Shown in pieces: positions 8,156 to 21,000 of a stretch of 64,000 nucleotides of DNA. Position numbers and translations under genes: made by a program. The stretch is taken from NCBI GenBank assembly GCA_021209525.1, contig JAJOIF010000004.1, positions 35,730 through 99,729 of the forward strand, read 5' to 3'. The DNA comes from Minisyncoccota bacterium. Lineage in GTDB: Bacteria; Patescibacteriota; Minisyncoccia; Phycocordibacterales; UBA1006. A model generated the notes under the pieces. The model searched no databases, had not been told where the DNA came from, and was given only the letters and a program-made list of their open reading frames with translations. The first letter of the stretch is position 1. Each line of letters starts with the position of its first letter.

Positions 8156-10609
8156 CTACAAAAGCGTGAGCGAAGCAATTTCATCACCTGCACGCAATTT
8201 CATAATACGCACCCCTTGTGTGGCGCGACCAAGCACTGAAATATCTTCTAAGGCAGTACGAATCACTTGACCTTTTTTAGAAATTACAATAACTTCAGTA
8301 TACGAAGCATCTACCACGCGAGCACCCACCAAGAGACCTGTTTTTGCGGTGAGTTGTGCGGTTTTAATGCCTGAACCTCCGCGATTTTGCACCTTGTATT
8401 CAGAGAGCTGTGTACGCTTACCAAAACCATTATCCGTTACCACGAGCATGTGCATCTCAGCAGCTACAGGAGTGATAACATCTACACTCACGAGCGTGTC
8501 ACCTTTTTTAAGTGCCATACCCTTGACCCCTGCGGCACCGCGCCCCATAGGACGAATATCAGCATTCTTGAAACGCACTGATTGACCATTACGAGACGAC
8601 ATAATAATGTCATCGTCTTCTGACAAGAGGCGCACATCAAGCAAGAGATCGTCACCCTTGAGCGAAAGTGCAATGAGCCCATTTCTGCGGACATTTTTGA
8701 ATTGATCAGCGGCTACTTTTTTGACAATACCTTTTTGAGTTGCAAAGAAGAATGACAATGTTTTTTGTTGTTCTGTTTTAGGAATAGCAAGAATTGAGGT
8801 GACTTTTTCATCATCAGCCAGTTGCAAGAAATTCATAATTGACTTGCCTTTGGTTGCGCGTTTTGCTTCGGGAATTTCGTACATCTTGATCGAATAGACC
8901 TTACCCATATTGGTAAAGAAAAGGAGGTCACTCTTAGTGCTCGTCACCAAGAGATGCGTCACGACATCTTCTTCTTTGGTTTCCATATCAACAACACCTA
9001 CGCCACCGCGTTTCTGTGCTTTGTATTCAGATGGATCAGTACGTTTTACATATCCTCCTTGAGTAAATACGAGTGCTGATTCTTTGTCTTGGACAAGGTC
9101 TTCGTCTGAAATTTCAGCAACACCGCGAGCTACGACACGTGTGCGTCGCTCGTCATTGTATTTTTCTTTGAGTTCAAGTAATTCGTCTTTGACGACTGCA
9201 AGCATTTTTGCAGGGCTCGCAAGTAATGCTTTGAGCGACTTAATGAGTTTGAGCATTTCTGCTAATTCATCTTCGATTTTCTTGCGCTCAAGGCCGGCAA
9301 GTTTTTGCAAGCGCATATCTAAAATAGCCTGAGCTTGAATATCAGAGAATTTGAATTTTTTAATAAGGTTTGCTTTGGCTGTAGGAGTATCAGGTGATGC
9401 TTTGATGGTTTTAATAACTTCGTCAATATGATCGAGAGCTTTTTTGAGACCTTCTAAGATATGCGCACGCGCTTCGGCTTTGCGTAAATCAAATTCTGCG
9501 CGACGCTTGATGACTTCTCGGCGGTGATCAATAAAGTTCACGAGAATGTCTTTGAGTGACAATGTTTGCGGCACACCATCAACGAGAGCAACGAGGTTAA
9601 AGTTAAAATTGCTTTCAAGGTCAGTATGTTTATAAATATAGTTCAAAATACGCTGCGGATTAATACCTGTCTTGAGTTCAATAACAATACGAATATCATG
9701 TGTTGATTCATCACGCAAATTTTTGATACCTTGAATTTTCTTGTCACGCACCAAATCCGCAATCTTGAGAATCAGATTCGCCTTGTTTACACGATATGGA
9801 ATTGAGGTAATGATAATTTGGAATGCACCACGAACGCTTTCTTCTATGGTTGCTTCGCCACGCGTCACAACACCGCCACGCCCTGTTGCATAAGCATGAG
9901 CGATATCTTTTTTGTTATAGATGACACCCCCTGTTGGAAAATCAGGCCCTTGTACATATTGCATCAAATCTTCATTGGTCGCATTTTTATTATCAATAAG
10001 TGCTACCGTAGCGTCAACCACTTCACCGAGATGGTGTGGCGGAATATTCGTCGCCATACCCACCGCAATACCCAATGTTCCATTCAAGAGCAGGCTTGGT
10101 ACTCCCGCAGGAAGCACAATAGGCTCTACTGTAGACCCGTCAAAGTTTGGACGAAAATCAACAGTTTCTTTGTTAATGTCGCGCATGAGTTCTCCTGCAA
10201 GCTTTGACATTTTTGCTTCAGTGTAACGATACGCAGCAGCAGCGTCGCCGTCAATAGAACCAAAGTTCCCTTGCCCAATAACAAGAGGATACCGGAATGA
10301 GAACTCTTGAGCCATACCCACCATAGAATCATATACGGCAGAGTCACCGTGCGGGTGATATTTACCGAGCACATCCCCTACAATAGTCGCTGATTTTTTG
10401 AAGCGTGCACTGGCGGTCAAATTGTTTTTGTACATAGAATACAAAATGCGACGATGTACCGGCTTGAGCCCATCGCGCACATCAGGAAGCGCACGCGAAG
10501 TAATCACGGACATAGAATACGCCAAAAATGAATCTTTCATTTCTTGGACAATAGGTACTGGTTCAATATGATCGTGAGGTGTTGATACGGGTGATTCTTT
10601 TTTAGCCAT
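8156..10609 (-). CDS. gyrA: DNA gyrase subunit A
   Basis: 817 aa. N-terminus [34 protein letters not shown] and C-terminal beta-pinwheel repeats. Confidence 0.95.
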   Translation of the reverse strand: MAKKESPVSTPHDHIEPVPIVQEMKDSFLAYSMSVITSRALPDVRDGLKPVHRRILYSMYKNNLTASARFKKSATIVGDVLGKYHPHGDSAVYDSMVGMAQEFSFRYPLVIGQGNFGSIDGDAAAAYRYTEAKMSKLAGELMRDINKETVDFRPNFDGSTVEPIVLPAGVPSLLLNGTLGIAVGMATNIPPHHLGEVVDATVALIDNKNATNEDLMQYVQGPDFPTGGVIYNKKDIAHAYATGRGGVVTRGEATIEESVRGAFQIIITSIPYRVNKANLILKIADLVRDKKIQGIKNLRDESTHDIRIVIELKTGINPQRILNYIYKHTDLESNFNFNLVALVDGVPQTLSLKDILVNFIDHRREVIKRRAEFDLRKAEARAHILEGLKKALDHIDEVIKTIKASPDTPTAKANLIKKFKFSDIQAQAILDMRLQKLAGLERKKIEDELAEMLKLIKSLKALLASPAKMLAVVKDELLELKEKYNDERRTRVVARGVAEISDEDLVQDKESALVFTQGGYVKRTDPSEYKAQKRGGVGVVDMETKEEDVVTHLLVTSTKSDLLFFTNMGKVYSIKMYEIPEAKRATKGKSIMNFLQLADDEKVTSILAIPKTEQQKTLSFFFATQKGIVKKVAADQFKNVRRNGLIALSLKGDDLLLDVRLLSEDDDIIMSSRNGQSVRFKNADIRPMGRGAAGVKGMALKKGDTLVSVDVITPVAAEMHMLVVTDNGFGKRTQLSEYKVQNRGGSGIKTAQLTAKTGLLVGARVVDASYTEVIVISKKGQVIRTALEDISVLGRATQGVRIMKLRAGDEIASLTLL

Positions 10610-10650
10610 AGATGATACAAGTATACTACAAATGAATAATTAATTAAAGT

Positions 10651-11076
10651 TTAAAGCTCTGTTTCGGATGTCTCGGTAATGTCTGTAATAGTGAGTTCGC
10701 GTTCTGCGGCGAGCTGTTCTTGATTTTCATTTGCAATACGACGCAGGCGTTCTTGCTCTAGTCGTTCAAAAAATGCCGCCTCGTCAACCTCTTGGGTAAG
10801 TTCTTCGGTGCCAATATTTTGAAAGAGTTCCGCGGCGTCCCTGCGGACACTTGGTCTATGTGCTTGAAAATCTTTGAATTGACTAGAGATTGATTGACGC
10901 AAGGCTTGAACTGGGCGAGCAGCCGAAGAGCGCTCCCTGCGATTATCTTCAAAGCGTCCAGCAATTAAGGCTATCCATATGCCTATAATACACAGCAATA
11001 TGACGAGCGAGATAATGAGTGCATAACGGCGACGTTCTGTATGAGTTTTCGTGCGTAATGTTTTCAAGAAATCCAT
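10651..11076 (-). CDS. Hypothetical single-pass membrane protein
   Basis: ORF with TM ALIISLVILLCIIGIWIALIA and an acidic C-terminal tail. Confidence 0.4.
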   Translation of the reverse strand: MDFLKTLRTKTHTERRRYALIISLVILLCIIGIWIALIAGRFEDNRRERSSAARPVQALRQSISSQFKDFQAHRPSVRRDAAELFQNIGTEELTQEVDEAAFFERLEQERLRRIANENQEQLAAERELTITDITETSETEL

Positions 11077-11090
11077 AAGGCGAGAACGGA

Positions 11091-11708
11091 TTATGCAAGC
11101 GGTATAATTTCTGCTTTCTTACCTGCAAGGTCTTTGTATTTGAGAGTAAGTTTTGGTTCTGCGGATACTTGCGCATCACCACCCTCTTTGACAAATTGAG
11201 TAAGTGATTCTTGGTCATATCCCATAGGGATAATAATGTGAGGATTAAATGATACCGCTAATTTATGAGCTTCTGCTGGCATCAAAAGTCCTTGCCCCAC
11301 AGGAACAAAGATGATATCTACATCTTCGATGACTTCTTGGACGGCGGCGGGGATTTCCTTGCTCGTTAATGCTCCTAAAAAGAGAATCTTGATATCGTCA
11401 AAGGTAAAGTAGTAGATAGTATTAATATATTCGCGCCCATCTAGAATAGTTTGCGTCATGAGCCCTTGGATAAAGTACCCATGCACTTCATATGATCCAG
11501 GACTATCTATAGTAAAGGGTTCTTTGTCGCCATAGGTAACATTTTCAAAACCATGATAGAGAGGATGCTGTACACTTGAAAGTGCTATATCAGCACCAAA
11601 TTTTGACACCTTGCCAGAGTCGGTATCTTTGCCGATAGGGTTAAGTGCGATAATGGTATCCCCTACTTGTAATTTAAAGAATTGTTTGCCGTGATGCGTA
11701 ATAATCAT
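11091..11708 (-). CDS. MBL-fold metal-dependent hydrolase (UPF0173-like)
   Basis: 205 aa with beta-lactamase-fold-like features (HHGKQ..., VPVGQGLLM, HIIIPMGYD). Confidence 0.55.
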   Translation of the reverse strand: MIITHHGKQFFKLQVGDTIIALNPIGKDTDSGKVSKFGADIALSSVQHPLYHGFENVTYGDKEPFTIDSPGSYEVHGYFIQGLMTQTILDGREYINTIYYFTFDDIKILFLGALTSKEIPAAVQEVIEDVDIIFVPVGQGLLMPAEAHKLAVSFNPHIIIPMGYDQESLTQFVKEGGDAQVSAEPKLTLKYKDLAGKKAEIIPLA

Positions 11709-11784
11709 ATATGTATAGTATACACTAATTCACGTAAAAATAAAAAGCCGCACATAGTGCGACTTCCTTTTAAATACAGATGCG

Positions 11785-12198
11785 TTATTTTTTAGCAGCA
11801 TCTCTGGCATTTTTTGCCTCCACAGTATGCGTGGTATGCGGCACAATACGTAAACGCTCCGCAGGAATAAGCTCTCCTGTTTTTACACAAATACCGTAGG
11901 TACCATTTGCTATTCTCAGAAGCGCCCTATCAAGATGCGCAATCATCTCCTTTTGACGATTAGTAGCATCAATGAGTTGTTTTTTTTGGTCTTCTGCAAT
12001 TTGAAAGTCGAGACCATTTTCACTCCGCAGAGCATCTCCAGAATAATCAGTTTTGATTTGTTTTTCGAACTCTTTAATGTCTGCCAGGCATTGATTTTTT
12101 TTCTCAAGAATTAATGTTTTGAATTCTGCGAGTTCTTCTGATGAGTATTTTTTCTTTCCTGTACTCACTGTCGGTGTAATTTGTTTTACAGTCATCAT
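11785..12198 (-). CDS. DksA/TraR-family protein lacking the Cys4 zinc finger
   Basis: ALLRIANGTYGICVKTGELIPAERLRIVPHTTHTV matches the DksA C-terminal pattern but retains only one Cys. Confidence 0.5.
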   Translation of the reverse strand: MMTVKQITPTVSTGKKKYSSEELAEFKTLILEKKNQCLADIKEFEKQIKTDYSGDALRSENGLDFQIAEDQKKQLIDATNRQKEMIAHLDRALLRIANGTYGICVKTGELIPAERLRIVPHTTHTVEAKNARDAAKK

Positions 12199-12403
12199 TT
12201 TTTAAGTTTTTTTGTGAACAATATTTGAAATGTATAATACAATATATACATACAAAGTGCAAGCAATCTTGCAATTTTCTTGTGAATAGGTATACTGTAT
12301 AAGCATTTTATTAGACAGATAACCTATAGCTTAACCTTTTGCTGGTAGTCACCTACCCGCAAAAACACTATAGGTGTCCGTTATATGCGGACTTTTATTT
12401 TTT

Positions 12404-13495
12404 ATGCAAACAGACAAATCAGAAGGAGTGCTTGCGCTTATGGATCAACTCATTGTTGACCTCAAAGACCGCGCAATTGCACCAGACGATCTCGTTGAAG
12501 GAACTGTTGTTGCGCTCGAACGACGCGCAGTATATATCAACCTCGGCGACCTCGGTACAGGAATTATTTACGGACGCGAATATATGAATGCGCGCGATAT
12601 TATCCGCAACCTCAATATTGGCGATCCTATCAAAGGAAAAGTAGTTGAAGCAGAAAACGAAGACGGGTACATTGAACTCTCTTTGAAAGAAGCAAAACAG
12701 GCACTTATTTGGAAAGAAGCAGATCAGGCAATGCGTGACAAAGTACAATTTGCTCTTGAAATTGCAGAAGCCAACAAAGGTGGACTCCTCGTTCACTGGC
12801 AAGGTGTTGAAGGCTTCCTTCCCGCATCACAACTCTCTCAAGACAATTACCCACGCGTTGCTGATGGCGACAAAGACAAGATCCTTGAAGAATTGAAAGG
12901 ACTCGTGGGCAAGAAACTTGAACTCAATATCATCGGCGTTAATCCAAAAGAAGGTAAACTTATCTTCTCAGAAAAAGGAAAAGACAAGGCTGAAAAACAA
13001 GAACGTATGGTGAAATACGAAGTAGGTGATACTATCGAAGGAGCCGTTACCGGAACCACAGACTTTGGTATTTTTATCAAACTCGAAGAAGGTCTCGAAG
13101 GATTGGTGCACATCTCTGAACTCGATTGGGCACTCGTAGAAGACCCAAAGAAACTCTTCAAAGTTGGCGATACTGCACATGCACGCATCATTGAAATCAA
13201 AGATGGTAAAGTATCTCTCTCTATTAAGCAACTCAAAGCAAATCCATGGGAAACAGCATCACAAAAATATGCTCCCGAACAAGAAGTGTCTGGTGTTGTT
13301 ATTAAACACAACAAACACGGAGCTCTCGTTGCTATTGAAGAAGGAGTTGCTGGCCTCGTACACGTAAGTGAATTTGGCGACGAAGCAACCTTGCGCAATA
13401 ATCTTGAAATTGGCAAGAGCTATCCATTCAAAATCAATGTATTTGAACCAAAACAACAAAAAATGACCTTGTCATACACAGGCGCAAAGAAATAA
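12404..13495 (+). CDS. rpsA: 30S ribosomal protein S1 (short, multi-S1-domain form)
   Basis: Repeated S1-domain motifs (GTVVALERRAVYINLG..., VHISELDW, GLVHVSEFG). Start at MQTDKSEG is uncertain (alternatives 12374 or 12440). Confidence 0.8.
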   Translation: MQTDKSEGVLALMDQLIVDLKDRAIAPDDLVEGTVVALERRAVYINLGDLGTGIIYGREYMNARDIIRNLNIGDPIKGKVVEAENEDGYIELSLKEAKQALIWKEADQAMRDKVQFALEIAEANKGGLLVHWQGVEGFLPASQLSQDNYPRVADGDKDKILEELKGLVGKKLELNIIGVNPKEGKLIFSEKGKDKAEKQERMVKYEVGDTIEGAVTGTTDFGIFIKLEEGLEGLVHISELDWALVEDPKKLFKVGDTAHARIIEIKDGKVSLSIKQLKANPWETASQKYAPEQEVSGVVIKHNKHGALVAIEEGVAGLVHVSEFGDEATLRNNLEIGKSYPFKINVFEPKQQKMTLSYTGAKK

Positions 13496-13514
13496 TATTC
13501 TCGCATGTGAAAAT

Positions 13515-13552
13515 ACCACCCTCATCAAGGGTGGTATTTTTTTATACCTCTA
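13515..13552 (+). terminator. Rho-independent terminator after rpsA
   Basis: aaaataccaccctcatcaagggtggtatttttttat. Confidence 0.55.
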
Positions 13553-13635
13553 TTTTTATAATATACAGTACCCCGGGCAGAGCATGGGGTATCACCTTTA
13601 CTCAGCGTAATGCTCTCATGTGGCGAAGTATATGT

Positions 13636-14196
13636 TCAAGAGTGTGCTTCATTGTATCTATTCATAGCGGCAGCATGGCCTTCTGCTATAATAACTGCCA
13701 GCGCTGAGGCAATACGCTTTGCAATATGAGGAATTTCTTGTAATTCATCATCAGGATGACGACCGAGCACAGGCGGTTTAATGATGCGACCATCTTGCCC
13801 TAATCGACTAATACCAATGCGTACACGCACAAAATCAAGCCCGCCGAGAGATCTGGCTATAGAATGTACGCCATTATTCCCTGCTGCACCTCGATTATAG
13901 GAAATCTTGAATGACCCAAAAAAAATATCGAGGTCATCATGAAGCACAACAATATGATCATGCGCTACATGATGACGATCCGCAAGAATGCGCACTGCAT
14001 GACCAGAGAGGTTCATCATGGTTTGTGGTTTTACATAAAGCGCATCTGATGTGGCATATGTGAGGGCATCTGCATATTTGTCATACTCCCAAGACGCTTC
14101 TGGTAAAAGCGCATCACATACCAACCAACCAATATTATGGCGGGTATATGTATATTTATCTCCCTTATTTCCAAGAGCAACAATGAGATATTTCAT
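13636..14196 (-). CDS. pth: Peptidyl-tRNA hydrolase
   Basis: MKYLIVALGNKGDKYTYTRHNIGW... is a typical Pth N-terminus; 186 aa. Confidence 0.9.
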   Translation of the reverse strand: MKYLIVALGNKGDKYTYTRHNIGWLVCDALLPEASWEYDKYADALTYATSDALYVKPQTMMNLSGHAVRILADRHHVAHDHIVVLHDDLDIFFGSFKISYNRGAAGNNGVHSIARSLGGLDFVRVRIGISRLGQDGRIIKPPVLGRHPDDELQEIPHIAKRIASALAVIIAEGHAAAMNRYNEAHS

Positions 14197-14277
14197 GCCT
14201 ATGAGTATAGCATACTTGTATATGCATGGTAAGTGATATGTTTGAATTCCGTCTCATCTAAAATAATCCACCAACAA

Positions 14278-14316
14278 AAAACACCCCTCAAAAGAGAAGT
14301 GTTTTTTGTTTTTACT
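14278..14316 (-). terminator. Hairpin + T-tract downstream of the 16S gene (minus-strand reading)
   Basis: aacacttctc-tttt-gaggggtgtt then tttttt on the minus strand. Confidence 0.35.
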
Positions 14317-14507
14317 TTGTGAACTTTTTGTTTCGTTCTATGACCCATTATGTATTCAATTGATATACACAATCAGGCTTTTGCCTCTTCTTAACGCAGA
14401 AGAGGAACGTGTGCCAATTTTCGAACTTGAGCACAATTGTTCGTTGCGTATAGACACAACATCGACCAATATACTAACGGTCAAAGACTCGTATAGTATT
14501 GGCAAAT

Positions 14508-15968
<1,461 letters not shown>

Positions 15969-16249
15969 AATGGATTCCATAGAACGAAACAAAAAATTCA
16001 CAAAATCACATAAGTGATGGTTCGTATTTGATTTACAAAGTAAAATGTCTGCAGGCACAGACACTTAGGAGATATACCGCTACAAATTGTATGTTAGTAT
16101 TTCTTCATAAGTATTGTGATGCAACGCACCTGTGTGAGAGTTTTCTCTAGGTGCGGTGAATATTATACTCATATAAAAAAAATATGCAAGTCTTTTCTTC
16201 AAGAAAATTTCTTGAAGTGCTGTGGAAAAGATATGGGGGTATATCAAGG

Positions 16250-16292
16250 GTAAATTCCAAATTACAAATTCCAAATTACGAACAAAATTACA
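16250..16292. repeat. Short tandem repeat (ccaaattacaaatt x~2.5) in the rRNA/LOG intergenic region
   Basis: ttccaaattacaaattccaaattacgaacaaaattacaag. Confidence 0.6.
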
Positions 16293-16512
16293 AGCCCAAA
16301 AACACAAGCGCATCAAACGGGATTAAGTCCCGCCGAGCCGGAAAAGTAAACTACAGACAATACATCTCAAACCCCAAAAACCGGTTCTGTAGATTTTTAT
16401 GTTTTGTGTTTATTTTTGAAATTTGGGATTTGCATCTTGTTTGTACCTTGTATCTTGCATCTTGCTTTGCTCGACCTGTAACGTTCACCTCTTTTATGCT
16501 ACAATACCCCAT

Positions 16513-17232
16513 ATGTCTCAGAATAATAACAATCACTACAGACCTAAAAAATTAACCACTGACGAAATTCGCGAAGGATGCGTACTCTTGACCGATGGCG
16601 ACGAACACGAGACGCGTATTTGTGTCATCAATGAAGAGTTCCGCCAAGGGCTTGATTTCATCAAAACCTATGACGCATCTGTAACCATTTTTGGTTCTGC
16701 GCGCACTCCGGAAACTGACCCTTACTATGATCTCGCTCGCACTATAGCGCGACGCATTGTCCAAGATCTCGGATATGCTATCGTCACCGGCGGCGGACCT
16801 GGTATGATGGAAGCCGGCAATCGTGGCGCACATGATGCAAGGGGTCGCTCTATTGGATTTTCAATCAAACTCCCTATGGAGCAAACGAGTAATCCATACA
16901 TGACTGATGAGCTCTCGTTTTACTTTTTCTTTTCACGTAAAGTATGTATGACCTATGCATCAGAAGCATACATCTATATGCCCGGAGGGTTTGGAACATT
17001 GGATGAACTCTTTGAAATTCTGACACTCGTGCAAACAGAAAAAATTAGCAGGTTCCCTATTATTCTTGTTGGCGAAGATTTCTGGAGACCACTTGATGCA
17101 TTCATCAAGAAAACACTTCTGGAACAATATCAAACAATTAGTCCCGAAGACTTGGATCTCTATATCATCACTGACGATGTAGATCTCATTATAGAGACGA
17201 TCAAAAAAGCACCTGGCAAGCGTGATGACTAA
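16513..17232 (+). CDS. LOG-family protein (cytokinin riboside 5'-monophosphate phosphoribohydrolase / TIGR00730)
   Basis: Motifs TGGGPGMMEAGNRGA and PGGFGTLDELFE. Start placed at MSQNNNN. Confidence 0.8.
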   Translation: MSQNNNNHYRPKKLTTDEIREGCVLLTDGDEHETRICVINEEFRQGLDFIKTYDASVTIFGSARTPETDPYYDLARTIARRIVQDLGYAIVTGGGPGMMEAGNRGAHDARGRSIGFSIKLPMEQTSNPYMTDELSFYFFFSRKVCMTYASEAYIYMPGGFGTLDELFEILTLVQTEKISRFPIILVGEDFWRPLDAFIKKTLLEQYQTISPEDLDLYIITDDVDLIIETIKKAPGKRDD

Positions 17233-17412
17233 TATGAAATCCCTCCGACACGGAGGGTTTTGTTGTGAATTACCCTTTGTCACCCCAAAGGAGGAAGAGT
17301 GTCACCTCATATGGTTAACTATACATTTACTTACAAATATTTCAGAAATAATGTATACTCTATGCACAAATGTCTTTCGGGATCCATCTCTTGTTTTCAA
17401 GAGAGGGAAATA

Positions 17413-17450
17413 AGAAAAACTCAGAACAGTACTGTTTTGAGTTTTTCTTT
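17413..17450. terminator. Bidirectional terminator between convergent LOG and mazF-like genes
   Basis: aaaaactcagaacagtactgttttgagttttt. Confidence 0.55.
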
Positions 17451-17870
17451 TATTTTACCAAATTCTTTCTTTGGCACATTACCGATCTTTTCAGTGTATC
17501 GCTTTTTATCGATAACCTTTACTTGCGAAAGAATTACATATGACGAATTCTTATGTTTAGGGTTGTGTAATTCAACATCAGAAATCTTGTGGTAAAAATT
17601 ATTATCCTTGCCCTTTATTGTTAAGGCTGCTGTAAAGAACAAATTTACTATCTTTTTTAATATCAGAACCGGTCTCAGGAAATTATCTTTTCCTTTTTCT
17701 TCAAAACCAATATTTTGTCCGATTTTAGCAAACCATATTTCGCGAGGATTGATATAAATAAAATCACCTACACCTCCACTCCTTCTCGCTGCAATAACTC
17801 TTTCTTTGCGTCTTCGCCGCCGCGATTGTAGGCACCTGCTTTTCCTGAACTCAAAATTACGCGATGACAT
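17421..17870 (-). CDS. MazF/PemK-family mRNA-interferase toxin (start uncertain; annotated ATG overlaps MGMT by ~100 nt)
   Basis: GDFIYINPREIWFAKIGQNIGFEEKGKDNFLRPVLILKK... matches the PemK/MazF core. An AGGAG-like sequence near 17775 suggests a later non-ATG start. Confidence 0.5.
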   Translation of the reverse strand: MSSRNFEFRKSRCLQSRRRRRKERVIAARRSGGVGDFIYINPREIWFAKIGQNIGFEEKGKDNFLRPVLILKKIVNLFFTAALTIKGKDNNFYHKISDVELHNPKHKNSSYVILSQVKVIDKKRYTEKIGNVPKKEFGKIKEKLKTVLF

Positions 17871-18025
17871 GGAATTGCTGGATCATAATTATTTTTCATA
17901 ATCGTTCCTACTGCGCGCGCAGCTTTGGGGTTTCCTGTGGCGCGTGCTACTTCGCCATAGGTCATGACAGAGCCTGCGGGTATTTTTGATACGACATGGA
18001 GGACTTTTTGGGTGAAGGTGGGCAT
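17768..18025 (-). CDS. Methylated-DNA-protein-cysteine methyltransferase DNA-binding domain protein (MGMT/Ogt family)
   Basis: 85 aa with the active-site motif PCHRVI and a helix-turn-helix region. Confidence 0.75.
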   Translation of the reverse strand: MPTFTQKVLHVVSKIPAGSVMTYGEVARATGNPKAARAVGTIMKNNYDPAIPCHRVILSSGKAGAYNRGGEDAKKELLQREGVEV

Positions 18026-18077
18026 AGTAAATTAGAGAATGGTGATGAATCATGATTTTAACACTATTTCATTCATC

Positions 18078-21000
18078 TCATACACATATCCAAAATTTTG
18101 AGGTTTTTGATTCGATCAAGCCTTCATCATACGGCTCAGGTAGTTCATCATATAAAACATCTTTGATGGTTACTAAAACTTTTGCTCTGCCTTGTTGAGT
18201 TTTTCTCCAATCCAAAACAAATGCTGTTTGCTTTAGTGTTTTAAGTAACTCTTTTGCAACTTTTTTAATTTCCTTGATTTCATTTTCTTTCAAGTCTTCT
18301 TTGTAAAGCAAATCAAAAATCGCAAGCTCTTCTTCGATTAACTCTTCTCTCACTCCTCTTTTTTCCTCATCATTCAAAGATTCAGCAAATTTCATCAAAG
18401 CCTCAAAAAACTCTTCAATATTTTTTGAGCCAGAATTATATTCTGAAAGTAATTTTTCAAATTGCTCTACTAGTTTTTGTCTAGTCGGGTTCAACCTCAC
18501 CAATTCTTCAAGTTTTTCTTTCAAGGACTGCTTCAATTTTTCTGCTTCTTTTCTTTTATTTTTCTCAAAATACTTTCGCAATTTTTCAAAATCAATCTTA
18601 CTCAAATCATATGGTTTGTAATCTTCAGAAATCACATACCCTTCAGCAGTAATCGCATTATCAAGAAGCTCTTCAATAGCATCTGCAACGTCTTCTACAT
18701 TCACATCTTTTCGAGTCAGAATTCGCACCCTCTCTGCTAAAACTCGATACAATTTAACCACATTGAAAAATTCACTCGCGCTTGGGTCTGGCATAATAGC
18801 CCCCAAAAGACTCGTCGCACGATTACTCATCGTCAAAAATTCGTTCTTTGATTCTTCATCGGTCAAAATAGCATCAACTGCATTTTCTATTAAAGCCAAT
18901 TTTTCAAAATCTACTGCTTCACCAATTTGCACAATATTGATTCCATATTCACTACAATATTTATCAAGCTCGCCCAAAACTCCTCGTAATTCATTTACCA
19001 GTTCTGTTTTTGGTTTTATAGGCTTTGCATCTTCATCACCTCGCGCTCCATAAATAGCCAATGCTTTTTTCAGACTTCGAAATACTCCGATATAGTCCAC
19101 AATCAATCCATTTGTTTTTGCGCCCCACACACGGTTTGCACGAGCAATGGTTTGCATCAGAGTATGATTTTTCATTGGCTTGTCCAAATACACCGTCGAA
19201 ATAATCGGAGCATCAAATCCAGTCAGCCACATATTACACACAATCACAATTTTCAAAGGATCATTTACATCTTTAAATTTTTTTTCCAAATCCTCATTGA
19301 TCATTCTTCGGCGATGAGTTTCTATATCAAGCCCAAGCTTTCGGAAATCATCCACTTCGTTTTGAGTCGAACTCATCACCATCGCAATATCAGGACAGTT
19401 TGGCTGCGTTTTCATTTTGTTATACATTTTCACCGCAGTTGGTCGATCTATCGCCACAAACAACGCCTTACCATCATTCCCTTGGCTGTTAAAATGTTCA
19501 ATCACATCACGGGCAATAGTGTTCAATCGTTCTTCTCTCGTGATCAAATGATATTCAGTATTAAATTCTCGTTCAAGCTTTTTCTCTTGATCATCATCAA
19601 GCTCAAAAGTTTCAAGCACTGTTCCCAAATCCTGCCCTAAACTCTCCAAATCAATCTGCAGCTCTGGAATACGGTTATCGTAATACAAAGGCACTGTTGC
19701 CTTGTCATCCACAGACTGCTTAAAATCATAAATACTGACATAATCTCCAAAAGTGCTTTTGGTTTGTTCTTCTTCGCCAGAAATAAGCGGTGTTCCGGTA
19801 AAACCAATAAATGAAGCATTCGGTAAAGCCCGACGCATATTGAGCGCCAAAGTGTCATACTGACTTCTGTGTGCTTCGTCAGTCATCGCGATAATATCGC
19901 TTCGCTCTGAAAGTACAGGAAATTCCGTCTCGCCTTCTTGCAATTGGAATTTGTGAATCAAGGTGAAAATATTGCGATGGTCTTCGGTTAAAAGTTCGCG
20001 AAGTTTTTGCACACTGCTTGCACGTACCATTTCTTCTGGTTCAAGCACTGCACCCACACCGGCAAAATTTGCATAAATCTGCTTGTCGAGTTCCTGCCTG
20101 TCTGTTACCACAAGAAAAGTATAATTCCCTTCATATTTTCGCAAAATCTTTTGAGCGAAAAATACCATAGAATAACTTTTTCCTCCTCCTTGTGTATGCC
20201 AAAAGACCCCAATTCGCCCATTGTTTTCTTCTCGCTTTTCAAAAGATTTAATCGCATTATTTACTCCCAAATACTGATGATTTTTCCCAATCAATTTTAT
20301 CATCCCTTTGTTTGTATCTTGAAACAATACAAAGTTTTCAATAATATCAAGTAAACGCGTTTTGTCGCACATACCACGAAGCAAGGTTTCCAAATCCACC
20401 CTTCCTTTTTCTTCTTCATCACTAATTCTTTTCCAATCAGAAAAATGTTCAAATCCGCTCGTAATAGAACCCATCTTTGCATCAAGTCCGTTTGAAATAA
20501 TCAAAAGCTGGTTATACCAAAACATCTGCGGAATTGTGTCTTTATAGTCTCGAATATTACCATCAAAGGCATCTCGCAAGTTTTTGTGCGCAGCCTTAAG
20601 CTCGATAAACACCAAAGGCAAACCATTCACAAACCCCACCAAGTCCGCTCGGCGTTTATACATATCACCCAAGATCCACATTTGCGATACCAAAGTAAAA
20701 TGATTGTTCTCTGGATTATCAAAATCAATCACACGCACCGTTTCCACATCACGAGTTCCGTCACCGCTCACCACATCCACCTTGACCCCGTTTTTCAAAA
20801 GCTCATAGATTTCTTTATTCGCTTTGACCATACTCATTTTTGAGCGGTCTTTGGTGATTTCTTCTATTGCATCATCAATGGCACTTTTTGCAATGCTTGA
20901 ATTCAATTTCTCCAAAGTAGTCCGAAGACGAGAAACCAAGACAACCTGACCCTGATGTTCTCGCCCAAGCTTTGCATCACCTTCATCAGTATAGGCATTT

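Noticed and set aside
12847-13416. 189-aa minus-strand ORF antisense to rpsA (also 12419..12802, 12968..13231)
   Set aside because: Overlaps the S1 gene with clear S1-domain repeats. Ser/Pro-rich composition typical of antisense frames
18477-20843. Multiple plus-strand ORFs inside hsdR (18477..18740, 18763..19053, 19152..19640, 20007..20354, 20586..20843)
   Set aside because: Antisense to a well-supported 1004-aa HsdR. Low-complexity, AT-rich chance frames
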